DNA from: an uncultured Gammaproteobacteria bacterium
Lineage (GTDB): Bacteria > Patescibacteriota > Patescibacteriia > CAZGFX01
Direction: 5' to 3'
DNA length: 64,000 nucleotides
Assembly: GCA_964524845.1 (NCBI GenBank)
Contig: CAZGFX010000002.1
Coordinates: forward strand, 6,440 to 70,439
A program made the translations under genes and the position numbers. A model generated the notes under the pieces. It saw only the letters and a list, made by a program, of their open reading frames with translations. It searched no databases and was not told the origin of the DNA. This document shows, in pieces, positions 51,164 through 60,306 of the stretch. The first letter of the stretch is position 1. The number at the start of each line of letters is the position of its first letter.

Positions 51164-52591
51164 TTATCTGTGGGATTTAACTATTACAACCCATATTGTT
51201 TTAATGAGTATAAAAATATCAAGCCAAAAACTCCAGTTTTCAATATAATACATATCAAGTCTATATTCATCTTCAAAATCAAGATCGCTTCTTCCAGATG
51301 TCTGAGCAAGTCCTGTCATACCAGGCTTGATATCAAGAAGTCTTTTATGATAATCATTATATTTGGCTACTTCTCTTTCTTGATGTGGGCGAGGGCCGAC
51401 AAGACTCATTGTTCCAGTAAATACATTATAGAGTTGTGGTAGTTCATCGAGACTGGTTCGCTCCAATAATTTCCCCAATGTAGTTCGACGAGGATCATCG
51501 ATTACTTTATAAACAGGGCCTTCTCTTTTACTTTTTTGTTGTATTAATTCCCGTTCATAAGCAAGTGCTTCCGCGTTGTTTTTGTTTTCCGAAGTAACAC
51601 AGAAATCAGTCTTCATGGTTCGAAATTTGTATGTTTTAAATAATCGTCCGCGTTGACCGACTCGTTCGTTTTTGTATATAACATATCCAGGCGAATCTAT
51701 TTTTATCCCTATAGCTATAAGTGCGAATAATGGACTTAATATGACAAGTCCTAAGGCACTTCCAACAACATCAAATGCTCGTTTAACAATTCTACCCCAT
51801 CCATCTAGTGTTGTTTTGCATATTTCTATAAGCGGAATCCCAATTGATGTATCTGATATAATTTTTGACACAGACATAGCCGAAAAATCAGGAGTATATT
51901 TTAAAATAATATGATTTGTCATTGAAAAATGGAAAAGACGCTCTTTTGTTTCTGAAGAAAATTGATCCGTGTCTGTAATAATTATTTCATCAATCTGCCG
52001 TTCGTTTGCAAGTGTTTTAAGACGAAACATAAATTCATCCGACATTTCATTTGAAAATTCAACAACAGTATATCCAAGAGATGGGTTTGTCATGCATTCC
52101 TGCCTTACATACACGCCCATTCTTCCTTTTCCTATAATAACAACTCTGTGTGTTCCTATACCTTTCTTTAAAACAAATTTTTGTATTTTAAGAACAATAA
52201 ACCGTCCTATTGCAACTAATATCATGCTTGCAATCCATGCTGTAATAATAATAAAACGAGATGAGAATAAATATCTATTCAAAAAAATCATAACCACAAT
52301 CACAAGCACAGCAGCTGATGAGGCAACAAATATTGATGCTAATTCCTGTCTGAATGTTCTCGTTATTTTCAAATTATAAAGTCCATTGAGAAAAAACATG
52401 AAAATCCAAATAAGAGCGGCAATAGCAGCAAAAGAAAGAAATTTCCATCCGGAAATACTATAAAATACCGGTACTATATCGGTAAAAGGAGCTACAAAAC
52501 GAATTTTATAAGCACATACAGCAGCTATAAGAAGCATGCAATAGTCTACAGGAACTTGTATGCTTGCGAACACTAATTCTGCTTTTTTCAT
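51164..52591 (-). CDS. Polyprenyl glycosylphosphotransferase (WcaJ/WbaP-like sugar transferase)
   Basis: KRAFD, YKFRTM, SLDELPQL, MSLVGPRP, KPGMTGLAQ. Confidence 0.93.
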   Translation of the reverse strand: MKKAELVFASIQVPVDYCMLLIAAVCAYKIRFVAPFTDIVPVFYSISGWKFLSFAAIAALIWIFMFFLNGLYNLKITRTFRQELASIFVASSAAVLVIVVMIFLNRYLFSSRFIIITAWIASMILVAIGRFIVLKIQKFVLKKGIGTHRVVIIGKGRMGVYVRQECMTNPSLGYTVVEFSNEMSDEFMFRLKTLANERQIDEIIITDTDQFSSETKERLFHFSMTNHIILKYTPDFSAMSVSKIISDTSIGIPLIEICKTTLDGWGRIVKRAFDVVGSALGLVILSPLFALIAIGIKIDSPGYVIYKNERVGQRGRLFKTYKFRTMKTDFCVTSENKNNAEALAYERELIQQKSKREGPVYKVIDDPRRTTLGKLLERTSLDELPQLYNVFTGTMSLVGPRPHQEREVAKYNDYHKRLLDIKPGMTGLAQTSGRSDLDFEDEYRLDMYYIENWSFWLDIFILIKTIWVVIVKSHR

Positions 52592-52607
52592 TTTTTAGTA
52601 TCAAAAA

Positions 52608-52986
52608 GTCTTATTGAGATCATAAGCCGAATTCTGTTTCTGCCAAAGGCAGACAACGATCATCTCTCTAGTCCTTTCGTTACCAAAAGGATCAAGCAGC
52701 CAACCCATCCCGTCAAGCGGGATCTACTTGGCCTTGCACCCGATAGAAGTTTGCCTGTTTTTGCATGTCACCATGTAAACCGCGAGAATCTTACCTCTCG
52801 CATTTCACCCATCACCTATCGATTACTCTCAAGGCTGGTTTATTTTCTGTTGCACTTGTCCTATCCTACCAAAGTGGGACGGTGGGCGTTACCCATTATC
52901 ATGAATCAGAACTTCTTCTGAAACGGTGTTCGGACTTTCCTCTCTCCCGCCGATGGCGGGACAGCGATCGTTTTACCCAATAAGAC
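52608..52986 (-). ncRNA. rnpB: RNase P RNA
   Basis: Minus strand GAGGAAAGTCCG (P4 5' side) and ACAGAATTCGGCTTA (P4 3' side); terminal P1 helix GTCTTATTGGG/CTCAATAAGAC. Confidence 0.95.
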
Positions 52987-53070
52987 CACCCATACTCTAC
53001 TATAAAAAGCTAGAAATGTGAAGCTTCTAAAAAATAATTGAATACTTATATTTAATATGTGGAAAATTAA

Positions 53071-53158
53071 TTGACAAATAAATAAATAAAAGTATAATTA
53101 ACATATCAAGATAAGAGGACTACCAAAGGGATTTTCCCTAGGGAATGCCTCTTTTTTT
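53071..53158 (+). ncRNA. Candidate ~55-nt small RNA unit (promoter, hairpin, T7)
   Basis: TTGACA 53071-53076, 16 bp, TATAAT 53093-53098; nested hairpin 53113-53153; T-run to 53158; no ORF. Confidence 0.45.
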
Positions 53159-53159
53159 G

Positions 53160-53651
53160 TTATTGTTTTTCTACTTTATTTTTAAATAAACTGATATTTG
53201 TTATATATCTACTGAATTTTCTGATTAATGAAGAAAATCTTTTACTAGGAACTAGTATTTTATATAATTTATTATTTTTTTCTAAATGTTCAATAAGACA
53301 ATAAAAATCACCATCGCCTGAAACTAAAACTGCTCCTAAGTAATTATTCCACTCAATCATTGTGTGTAATACAAGTTCTGCGTCTATATTGCCTTTAATT
53401 TTTTCTTTTCCGTTTTCTTTTATTTTAAGTGTTGGTTTAAAAATACAAATATAACCAGCTTTTTGTAACTCAATATATAATAATTGATTTTCTGGTACGT
53501 AACCAATAAATAAAAAGGCTTTTTCAACACCATATTTATATTTAAGAAAAACACGAAAACGAACAAAATCTAATATCCATCCTTGATTTTTTATACCCAA
53601 ATATAAATTATTACTATCTATAAAAGCGAAATTATTTTCTTTATTTAACAT
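53160..53651 (-). CDS. NYN domain (LabA/DUF88, PIN-like) protein
   Basis: AFIDSNNL, KGNIDAEL, LVSGDGDF acidic motifs. Confidence 0.9.
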   Translation of the reverse strand: MLNKENNFAFIDSNNLYLGIKNQGWILDFVRFRVFLKYKYGVEKAFLFIGYVPENQLLYIELQKAGYICIFKPTLKIKENGKEKIKGNIDAELVLHTMIEWNNYLGAVLVSGDGDFYCLIEHLEKNNKLYKILVPSKRFSSLIRKFSRYITNISLFKNKVEKQ

Positions 53652-53762
53652 CTGTTTTTTTCTAATAAACACAATATTATCATAATTTTATATATTTGAA
53701 AAACCACACAGTAGAAATTGAATATATATTAAACATAGGGATTAAGTACTCTTCCTGTTATA

Positions 53763-54305
53763 TTAAGTATCCGAAAACTCAAACCTTTCGAGAATGGTGT
53801 ATTCGGAAAATCCGTGAGATTCCATGAGGACAATAGATGAAACCTCCTCGTCCCATTCAAATTCAGATCTAACACCTATACGCTTCAACTCATCGGCCCC
53901 GTCTTTTTTGAATCGAGCTAGCGTTATATGAGTTTTGAAAGTTCTTTTTTCGTCATAAAAAACAACTTCTTTTTTAAGCAATTCAAAAACTTTTTTTCTA
54001 AGAAATAAGAGTTTGTCATTGGTATTTCCTATAATCCACAACAATGATGGATCATTCTTTTTTGGGCCACCGAGTTCTACTTGTGACAAATATATATGAA
54101 ATTTATCTTGTTCTTTTATTGATTGTAATTTATTAGAAATATCTGAGATTGAATCCTCGTCCCATGAAGGAACAAGTGTTATGTGCATATTATGAGACTT
54201 TAACCATCTTATGTGTGAAGTTTCTCCGTAACCAGAAATGTATTCGGTTATATATTTTTGAAAACCTGTCGATAATGGAATGGCTATAAATATTCTTTTT
54301 TTCAT
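53763..54305 (-). CDS. thpR: RNA 2',3'-cyclic phosphodiesterase (2H family)
   Basis: RIFIAI start and two HITL motifs. Confidence 0.85.
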   Translation of the reverse strand: MKKRIFIAIPLSTGFQKYITEYISGYGETSHIRWLKSHNMHITLVPSWDEDSISDISNKLQSIKEQDKFHIYLSQVELGGPKKNDPSLLWIIGNTNDKLLFLRKKVFELLKKEVVFYDEKRTFKTHITLARFKKDGADELKRIGVRSEFEWDEEVSSIVLMESHGFSEYTILERFEFSDT

Positions 54306-54313
54306 ATATCAGA

Positions 54314-54568
54314 CTATAATGTCTTCTCTCGTATTAAACGCGCTCTTTTTGCTCGTGTTCCATGAAAATACCCACCTACACTTCCGTCAGACTTTATAAC
54401 ACGATGACAAGGAACGTTTGGATTCCTGTTTTTATTAAGAATATTTCCAACTGCTCTATATGCCATTGGTTTTCCTGCTTTTTCAGCAACTTTTTTATAT
54501 GACAATGTCTTACCGCGCGGAATTTTCGCTACAATTTTATATACGCGATCAGCAAAAGATTGTTTCAT
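54314..54568 (-). CDS. ogt: Methylated-DNA--protein-cysteine methyltransferase (short MGMT)
   Basis: IPRGKTLSY, RAVG, PCHRV active site. Confidence 0.85.
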   Translation of the reverse strand: MKQSFADRVYKIVAKIPRGKTLSYKKVAEKAGKPMAYRAVGNILNKNRNPNVPCHRVIKSDGSVGGYFHGTRAKRARLIREKTL

Positions 54569-54576
54569 ATAATGTA

Positions 54577-54795
54577 TTATTGAATATTAACAATCTTCTT
54601 TTTTGATGTGTACCCAGAAATAATTGAAAATCGCGAAGGAGCTATATCAAAATAATCAGCAAGTGCTTTTATAACAGCCTCATTTGCCTGTCCATCATGA
54701 GGAGGAGCTGATACACGCACAACGAACGATTCATCATTGTTTTTCTCAACAGAAGTTCCGCGCGCACGCGCTTTCACTATAACTGATATTTTCAT
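54577..54795 (-). CDS. DUF167 (YggU-like) protein
   Basis: VRVSAPPHDGQANEAVIKALA...SGYTSKKK. Confidence 0.85.
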   Translation of the reverse strand: MKISVIVKARARGTSVEKNNDESFVVRVSAPPHDGQANEAVIKALADYFDIAPSRFSIISGYTSKKKIVNIQ

Positions 54796-54825
54796 ATAAA
54801 AAAATTTATATATGAATTGCGATAT

Positions 54826-55866
54826 TTAAATAAAAAACTTCTTCAATCGATCGATATTTTTCTTATCCGGCCCACCACCATCAAATCCAGGAACTTCCAG
54901 TATCCATGGTATTGCGCGTGCGCGCGGATCATTGGCAAGTGCGACAAATCCAGACATTCCAATAAACCCTTCTCCTATGTTTTCGTGTTTATCATGATTC
55001 GAAGAAGCTTCTGTCATGGAATCATTGGTGTGAATTAAAACAATGTTTTCCATTCCAATTTCTTTTTCCAAAATATCAAAAGCTTTTTTTACACCTTGTC
55101 CTGAAAAGTCTGTTAATATTCCCGACTCAAAAGCGTGTGCTGTATCAATACATATTTTTATCCTAGGAGATTTTATTGTTCTAAATATTTTTCCAAGCTC
55201 TTCAAACGAAGATCCGAGCTTATCTCCTCCACCCGCAGAGTTTTCCATTATTAAATAAGAAGATCCAGGAACATTATTTATAACCTCATTCATACCAAAA
55301 ACAAGACGATTAATAGAATCTGTCCTGTCAGACCCTTTTCCTGATCCAAGATGAAATACAAGTCCTTTTGCCCCAATCATTTCCGTAATACGAAGATGAT
55401 CAGTTAGATTTTTTATTGATTTTGCATATATAACTTCATCTGGGCTTGCTAGATTTACCAAGTATGAAGCATGAAGAAAAACAGGACCGATTACAGAACT
55501 TGTTTCAAGAACTTTTTTGTATTTTTGAATTTCTTCTTGTGATGGAAACACAGTTGTCCATTGACGCGGAGAAGATCCAAATATTTGCATACAATTGGCC
55601 CCGATAGACTCCGCTGATAAAACAGCCGTGTGATATCCTCCACTAACTCCTACATGAGCACCAATATACTGAATATTTGTCTTTTTAATTTTTGTCTGAT
55701 TCTTTTTTAAAAAAACAGTCGGGATGTTTGTTAATTGTTTTATATTTTTAACACTTGTTTTTTTTGATAATAAGCCCTTTTTTAATCTAACAGACGCTCG
55801 AAATCCAGAAGGGGTTCTATATGCTGCACCACCTTTTGACGATTTCATTCTAGAATTATTCTTCAT
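54826..55866 (-). CDS. nfo: Endonuclease IV with basic N-terminal extension
   Basis: IGAHV, QIF, HASYLVNLAS, FHLG, MENSAG, CIDTAHAF, HTNDS, DKHENIGEG. Confidence 0.93.
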   Translation of the reverse strand: MKNNSRMKSSKGGAAYRTPSGFRASVRLKKGLLSKKTSVKNIKQLTNIPTVFLKKNQTKIKKTNIQYIGAHVGVSGGYHTAVLSAESIGANCMQIFGSSPRQWTTVFPSQEEIQKYKKVLETSSVIGPVFLHASYLVNLASPDEVIYAKSIKNLTDHLRITEMIGAKGLVFHLGSGKGSDRTDSINRLVFGMNEVINNVPGSSYLIMENSAGGGDKLGSSFEELGKIFRTIKSPRIKICIDTAHAFESGILTDFSGQGVKKAFDILEKEIGMENIVLIHTNDSMTEASSNHDKHENIGEGFIGMSGFVALANDPRARAIPWILEVPGFDGGGPDKKNIDRLKKFFI

Positions 55867-55887
55867 ATGCTTATATTGTAGCTATTT

Positions 55888-55991
55888 TTGACATTTAGAA
55901 CAAACAGATATAAACTGTAGTCACGCTAATTTCTCATCTTTCTCCTCCTAAATGGTAAAAGCCCTTCTCAAATTCGAGAAGGGCTTATTTT
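55888..55991 (+). ncRNA. Candidate ~70-nt small RNA unit with CU-rich anti-SD tract
   Basis: TTGACA 55888-55893, 17 bp, TAAACT 55911-55916; TTTCTCCTCCT; 11-bp perfect hairpin 55959-55986. Confidence 0.45.
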
Positions 55992-56033
55992 CATGTTTGA
56001 AAGTATTTGCATTTTTACAATTTTAAAAAAATA

Positions 56034-56064
56034 AAAGCAGAGCTTTTCAAAAAAGCCCTGCTTT
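56034..56064 (-). terminator. Intrinsic terminator of the small peptide gene
   Basis: Hairpin has a G.U pair and a T-rich tail only on the minus strand. Confidence 0.7.
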
Positions 56065-56081
56065 CTCAATATATAAAAAAA

Positions 56082-56171
56082 CTATATTGCACGCACGATC
56101 TGGGTAGATACAATAACTGCGAACATAAACACCATAAAAACCCCAAACCCAGTAAATAAATGTTTCTTCAT
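56082..56171 (-). CDS. 29-aa hydrophobic peptide (not in the ORF track)
   Basis: MKKHLFTGFGVFMVFMFAVIVSTQIVRAI*, single TM-like, immediately followed by a correctly oriented terminator. Confidence 0.55.
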   Translation of the reverse strand: MKKHLFTGFGVFMVFMFAVIVSTQIVRAI

Positions 56172-56530
56172 AAGAATATTATTTGAATGCAGGGGAAACC
56201 TTACCCTCTTACAGATATCGGGTCAACACTTCCTAATCTTGACGAAAACCTATTTTGTGTTTTCATATGATAAAAAGCTTCTTTTTCAATTGTTCTAAGC
56301 GATTTCTGATATTCACAATTTTAATATTATGCCTGTGAATATCTTTTAAAAATTGTGGTTTTTTGAAAAATAATCATGTTTTATAAAGAACAGTTTTAGT
56401 GTTCCTGCCGAACATAAAATGTGTTTTTATCTAATTATAGCCAAAAGAAAAACACCCCAGCGCAAGTGCGATGAGGTGTTTTTCTAATGAGGCTTCAACT
56501 ATGGACATGCCATAGAAAATTAAATGTGCA

Positions 56531-56713
56531 TTATGGCTTTTGTGCCATAAGATATGTGTTTTTTATATTTTCACTGTTTTTAAGCTCCATAAGAAACGGC
56601 GTATGGTTAGAAAGCATATTAAGAACAGTCCCATTTTTTATAATAACTTCTATACGGCTATGAAAACTTCGCTTTCGAGCCTGTCTCGTTACTAAACTTT
56701 TTAAATCATTCAT
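56531..56713 (-). CDS. Small hypothetical protein divergent from lexA
   Basis: 60-aa ORF followed by hairpin 56446-56485. Confidence 0.4.
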   Translation of the reverse strand: MNDLKSLVTRQARKRSFHSRIEVIIKNGTVLNMLSNHTPFLMELKNSENIKNTYLMAQKP

Positions 56714-56837
56714 ATTTTTATAATTACATACCTTACGTAATAATACTAGAACAAATCATAGAACAATGCAATACGTTCTTGCTTTACTTGTGGATATGTG
56801 ATAACATACATATAGAATAGCTTATATAAGCAATTTT

Positions 56838-57455
56838 ATGAGTATAAAAAAACTGCATCCCACACAAGAGAAACTATTGGAGCTGTTGAAAACTCACGCC
56901 GATGATCCTCTGACGATTAGAGAGCTTCAGGAGGCCGTAGACGCATCGTCTACAAGTGTTGTCGCTCATCATTTATTAGCACTTGAAAAGAAGGGCTTCC
57001 TTAAGCGAAACCCTTACAATCCGAAGGATTATCAAGTTCTTTCTGACAACCCTGAAAAACAAATCACTTTTCTTAATTTATATGGACTTGCACACTGTGG
57101 CCCAAAAGGATCTCTTCTTGATGGATCGCCAATTGACCGAGTTCCTCTTTCAACGCGCCTATTAAGCTTCCCTTCTGTAGAAGGGTTTATGGTAAAAGCA
57201 AAAGGAGACTCTATGGAGCCGAAAATACACGATGGAGACCTTCTTATTGCGCGCAGAAGCCAAGATGCCGATAATGGATCTGTTGTGGTATGTATAAACG
57301 ACGGAGAGGCACTCGTGAAGAAGGTTCAGAGGAACGGCAATCAAACATTCCTGACATCTCTTAATTCTTCTTACTCACCCTTTCTCGCAAGCACAGACTT
57401 TCGTATCGAAGGAATAATAAAGGGCGTTATTAGCCAAAATATCCAGTCTTTATAA
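56838..57455 (+). CDS. lexA: LexA-family repressor (wHTH + S24 peptidase)
   Basis: LTIREL...STSVVAHHLLALEKKGFLKR wHTH, AHCG cleavage loop, GDSM serine, VKK lysine. Confidence 0.85.
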   Translation: MSIKKLHPTQEKLLELLKTHADDPLTIRELQEAVDASSTSVVAHHLLALEKKGFLKRNPYNPKDYQVLSDNPEKQITFLNLYGLAHCGPKGSLLDGSPIDRVPLSTRLLSFPSVEGFMVKAKGDSMEPKIHDGDLLIARRSQDADNGSVVVCINDGEALVKKVQRNGNQTFLTSLNSSYSPFLASTDFRIEGIIKGVISQNIQSL

Positions 57456-57543
57456 AGAACAAAACTGAGGGTTGCTTTTTTATTTGTTATGTGTTATTAT
57501 TATTTGAAATAAATAAAACAAATCAACAAAAAAGGAAATAAAA

Positions 57544-57867
57544 ATGTGCCAATCTTACTTTGATCCTATCACAAGAAATATTAAAAGGCTTCAAAACAAA
57601 AAAGCAGTAGAGCTTATAAAGCAGTTTTTTGAAGAAATTACAAATATATCTTCAAGTGACTTAGATCATTTCGCTCTTGCAGAACATATTCAAAAGATAA
57701 GTAAAAATCTTTTTTCAGAAATATCAGCAGGAGAAGATAAATTTATTTTAGAAAACACAGCAGTAATTATTTGTATAGATTTACGAAATCACTCCGAAGA
57801 ATCAATAGATAAAAAGAAAGAGACATATAAAAGAATATTTGAAATAATTAATAAAACCCCGCAATAA
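57544..57867 (+). CDS. Hypothetical protein
   Basis: Own promoter (TTGCTT-17-TATTAT), AAGGA SD, terminator 57852-57890. Confidence 0.6.
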   Translation: MCQSYFDPITRNIKRLQNKKAVELIKQFFEEITNISSSDLDHFALAEHIQKISKNLFSEISAGEDKFILENTAVIICIDLRNHSEESIDKKKETYKRIFEIINKTPQ

Positions 57868-57930
57868 AATAATATGCGGGGTATTTTTTTATTTTATATA
57901 ATAAATATGTAGGTATGTTTTTTTAAACAT

Positions 57931-59313
57931 CTAAAAAATAAGCGTATACACGGTCGCGATACTTGTCGCTCCCATAAGCACGACGAGCGCCCACCCGACA
58001 GTTTTCGCAAGCCACCCATTTGACCACCTGCCCATTATTTTTTTGTTACCAGCAATAAGTACAACAAATACTATAATTATAGGTGCAATAATGCCATTCG
58101 TAACAGCTGAATAAATAAGTGCTTGAACGGGATCGATTCCGAGAAAATTTATAAAAAAACCAATACACATTGATAGAATTATAATTCCATAAAATGAATA
58201 TGCATTGCGTAACTTCCTATACAAACCCTCCTTCCAGCCAAAACTCTCTGAAATAGCATAAGAAGCCGAACTGGCTAAAACAGGTATTGCTAGAAGTCCT
58301 GTACCGATAACTCCGAGCGCAAAAAGCGCATATGCACTATCACCCGCGATAGGCTTAAGCGCGAGGGCGGTCTCAGCAAGAGTCGTGATTGTAAAAATTC
58401 CCTGTGCATGCAGTGTCACAGCAGAAGCAACAATAATAAAAAACATAACAATATTGGAGAAGAACATACCAAACCAATTATCAACTCTCATATCATGAAT
58501 TTCAGCTTTTGTGGCGCCCTCGCGCTCATGAATTGTTTTCCTACCAATATTGATTTCCTCTTCTACTTCTTGAGATGGTTCCCAAAAAAATAAATATGGA
58601 GAAATAGTAGTTCCCAATATAGCACATATGATCAAAATATGATCTTTTGTAAATAACATTGTCGGAACAAAAAGATGCACATGCACTTCTTTCCAATCAA
58701 TACCAACCATAAGAGCGGATACTATATATGCAAGAAGCACAAATGATAGCCACTTTAAATATCGCGCGTATTTTTTATAAGGCACAAAAACAACTAAAAA
58801 CAAACAGAAAATAGTAAATGCAATAATAACAAAAGAAAAATTAGAAAAAGGAAAAACAAGTTGAGTTACTTTTGCCATCGCTCCCAAATCAACACCAATA
58901 TTAAATGTATTCGCAATAAACAATAATAGTGTACACGTATACAAAATGGGTTTTGAAAAATGTTTTTTTATATTTTCGGCAAGTCCCCTTCCTGTAACAA
59001 TTCCTATACGAGCACACATTTCCTGAATGGTACCCATGAATGGAAATGAAAAAAGCGCCAACCATGTAAATTGATAACCATATGCAGCTCCTGTTTGAGA
59101 GTACGTTTGAATACCGGACGGATCATCATCAGCTGCACCTGTAACGAGTCCCGGTCCAAGCGTATTCCAATACTTCAGCGCTTTGCGCGCAGGACGATTG
59201 TTTGTAAGCTCTCTTGATATTTTTTTTGAAGAACGAACTGTCGTATCAAGCATACGAGCAGGTTTTTCTATAATCTTTTCTATTTTTTTATTCTTTTTTT
59301 TATTCATAAACAT
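57931..59313 (-). CDS. NRAMP-family divalent metal transporter
   Basis: GPGLVTGAADDDPSGI, QEMCARIG, GTTISPYLFFW. Confidence 0.9.
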   Translation of the reverse strand: MFMNKKKNKKIEKIIEKPARMLDTTVRSSKKISRELTNNRPARKALKYWNTLGPGLVTGAADDDPSGIQTYSQTGAAYGYQFTWLALFSFPFMGTIQEMCARIGIVTGRGLAENIKKHFSKPILYTCTLLLFIANTFNIGVDLGAMAKVTQLVFPFSNFSFVIIAFTIFCLFLVVFVPYKKYARYLKWLSFVLLAYIVSALMVGIDWKEVHVHLFVPTMLFTKDHILIICAILGTTISPYLFFWEPSQEVEEEINIGRKTIHEREGATKAEIHDMRVDNWFGMFFSNIVMFFIIVASAVTLHAQGIFTITTLAETALALKPIAGDSAYALFALGVIGTGLLAIPVLASSASYAISESFGWKEGLYRKLRNAYSFYGIIILSMCIGFFINFLGIDPVQALIYSAVTNGIIAPIIIVFVVLIAGNKKIMGRWSNGWLAKTVGWALVVLMGATSIATVYTLIF

Positions 59314-59514
59314 AGAAAATGGGCATCTGTTGTATTAATGTGTATATTATACATTATTTTCATGACAAAATGTAGTTTCTTTGTTAAAAATAATTTTAAA
59401 AATACATTGACTTCTTTTTTAAAAAAAGCTATAGTAACACGAAAATTAACATATAAAATAATTTATTAAAAAACAACCAATCAGCCAATTGATGGCCGAA
59501 GGGAGAATAAAGAA

Positions 59515-60273
59515 ATGAGAGCATTTTACAAGTTTCAGCAACTTAAGTTCATGCGATATCAAAACAAAGGAATGCTTGATAGGGGTATAGAACTAGCAAA
59601 CAAATTAATTAAAAACAATGTCGTAAAAGAAGATTCTCGAGAATATTGCGACACATTGAAACGAAGAGGATTTTTGTATTATTTAAAAGGAAATATTCAC
59701 GGATTTCTTGAAGATGTTATGCTTTCTTTGCATGCTGCAGAAAAAAACAAATTTTTTCTCGAAGAATCAAACTGTCTTGGTATATTAGGTCTTTATTATC
59801 AAGATACAAAAAAAGATTTTGAAAAAGCTATTAAATTCTATAAAGAAGCGATCGATATCAAAAAAAGGATAAGAGACGATATTGAAAACATAAACAAAAT
59901 TCAAATCAATATGGGTACTCTTTACAGAGAAACCGGTAATTATTTGGCTTCCGAAAACTCATTCGTATTTGTTCTCGCAAAAACAACTGATAAGAAATTA
60001 AAAATAAATTGTCATCTCGAACTTGGAAGATTGTATAACATTCAAGAAAATCTCCTGAAAGCAAAAGAAGAACTTCAAACAGCACTGAAACTACTTCCTA
60101 GAAGATCTTTTGTAAATGAAAGGGCTGATTGTTATAGAGAATTAGCCAGAATCGCGCGAAAAGAGCACGATAGAAAAACAAGTTCAGAAATGTACAAAAA
60201 AGCTTTTTATCTATATAAAAAACACGGATATATAGCAAAAGAAATGGAAATAAAAAAAGAAATGCATCATTAA
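59515..60273 (+). CDS. Tetratricopeptide repeat protein
   Basis: TPR patterns (LGLYY...AIKFYKEA, NMGTLY, LGRLY); promoter TTGACT-17-TATAGT; terminator 60281-60308. Confidence 0.8.
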   Translation: MRAFYKFQQLKFMRYQNKGMLDRGIELANKLIKNNVVKEDSREYCDTLKRRGFLYYLKGNIHGFLEDVMLSLHAAEKNKFFLEESNCLGILGLYYQDTKKDFEKAIKFYKEAIDIKKRIRDDIENINKIQINMGTLYRETGNYLASENSFVFVLAKTTDKKLKINCHLELGRLYNIQENLLKAKEELQTALKLLPRRSFVNERADCYRELARIARKEHDRKTSSEMYKKAFYLYKKHGYIAKEMEIKKEMHH

Positions 60274-60306
60274 AATAATGCCCGGCGAAAATATAGCCGG
60301 GTTTTT

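Noticed and set aside
52765-52983. 72-aa ORF in the ORF track
   Set aside because: It is antisense to the RNase P RNA gene.
56172-56260. Possible riboswitch upstream of the 29-aa peptide
   Set aside because: Only short hairpins are present, with no match to aptamer consensus sequences I can recognise.
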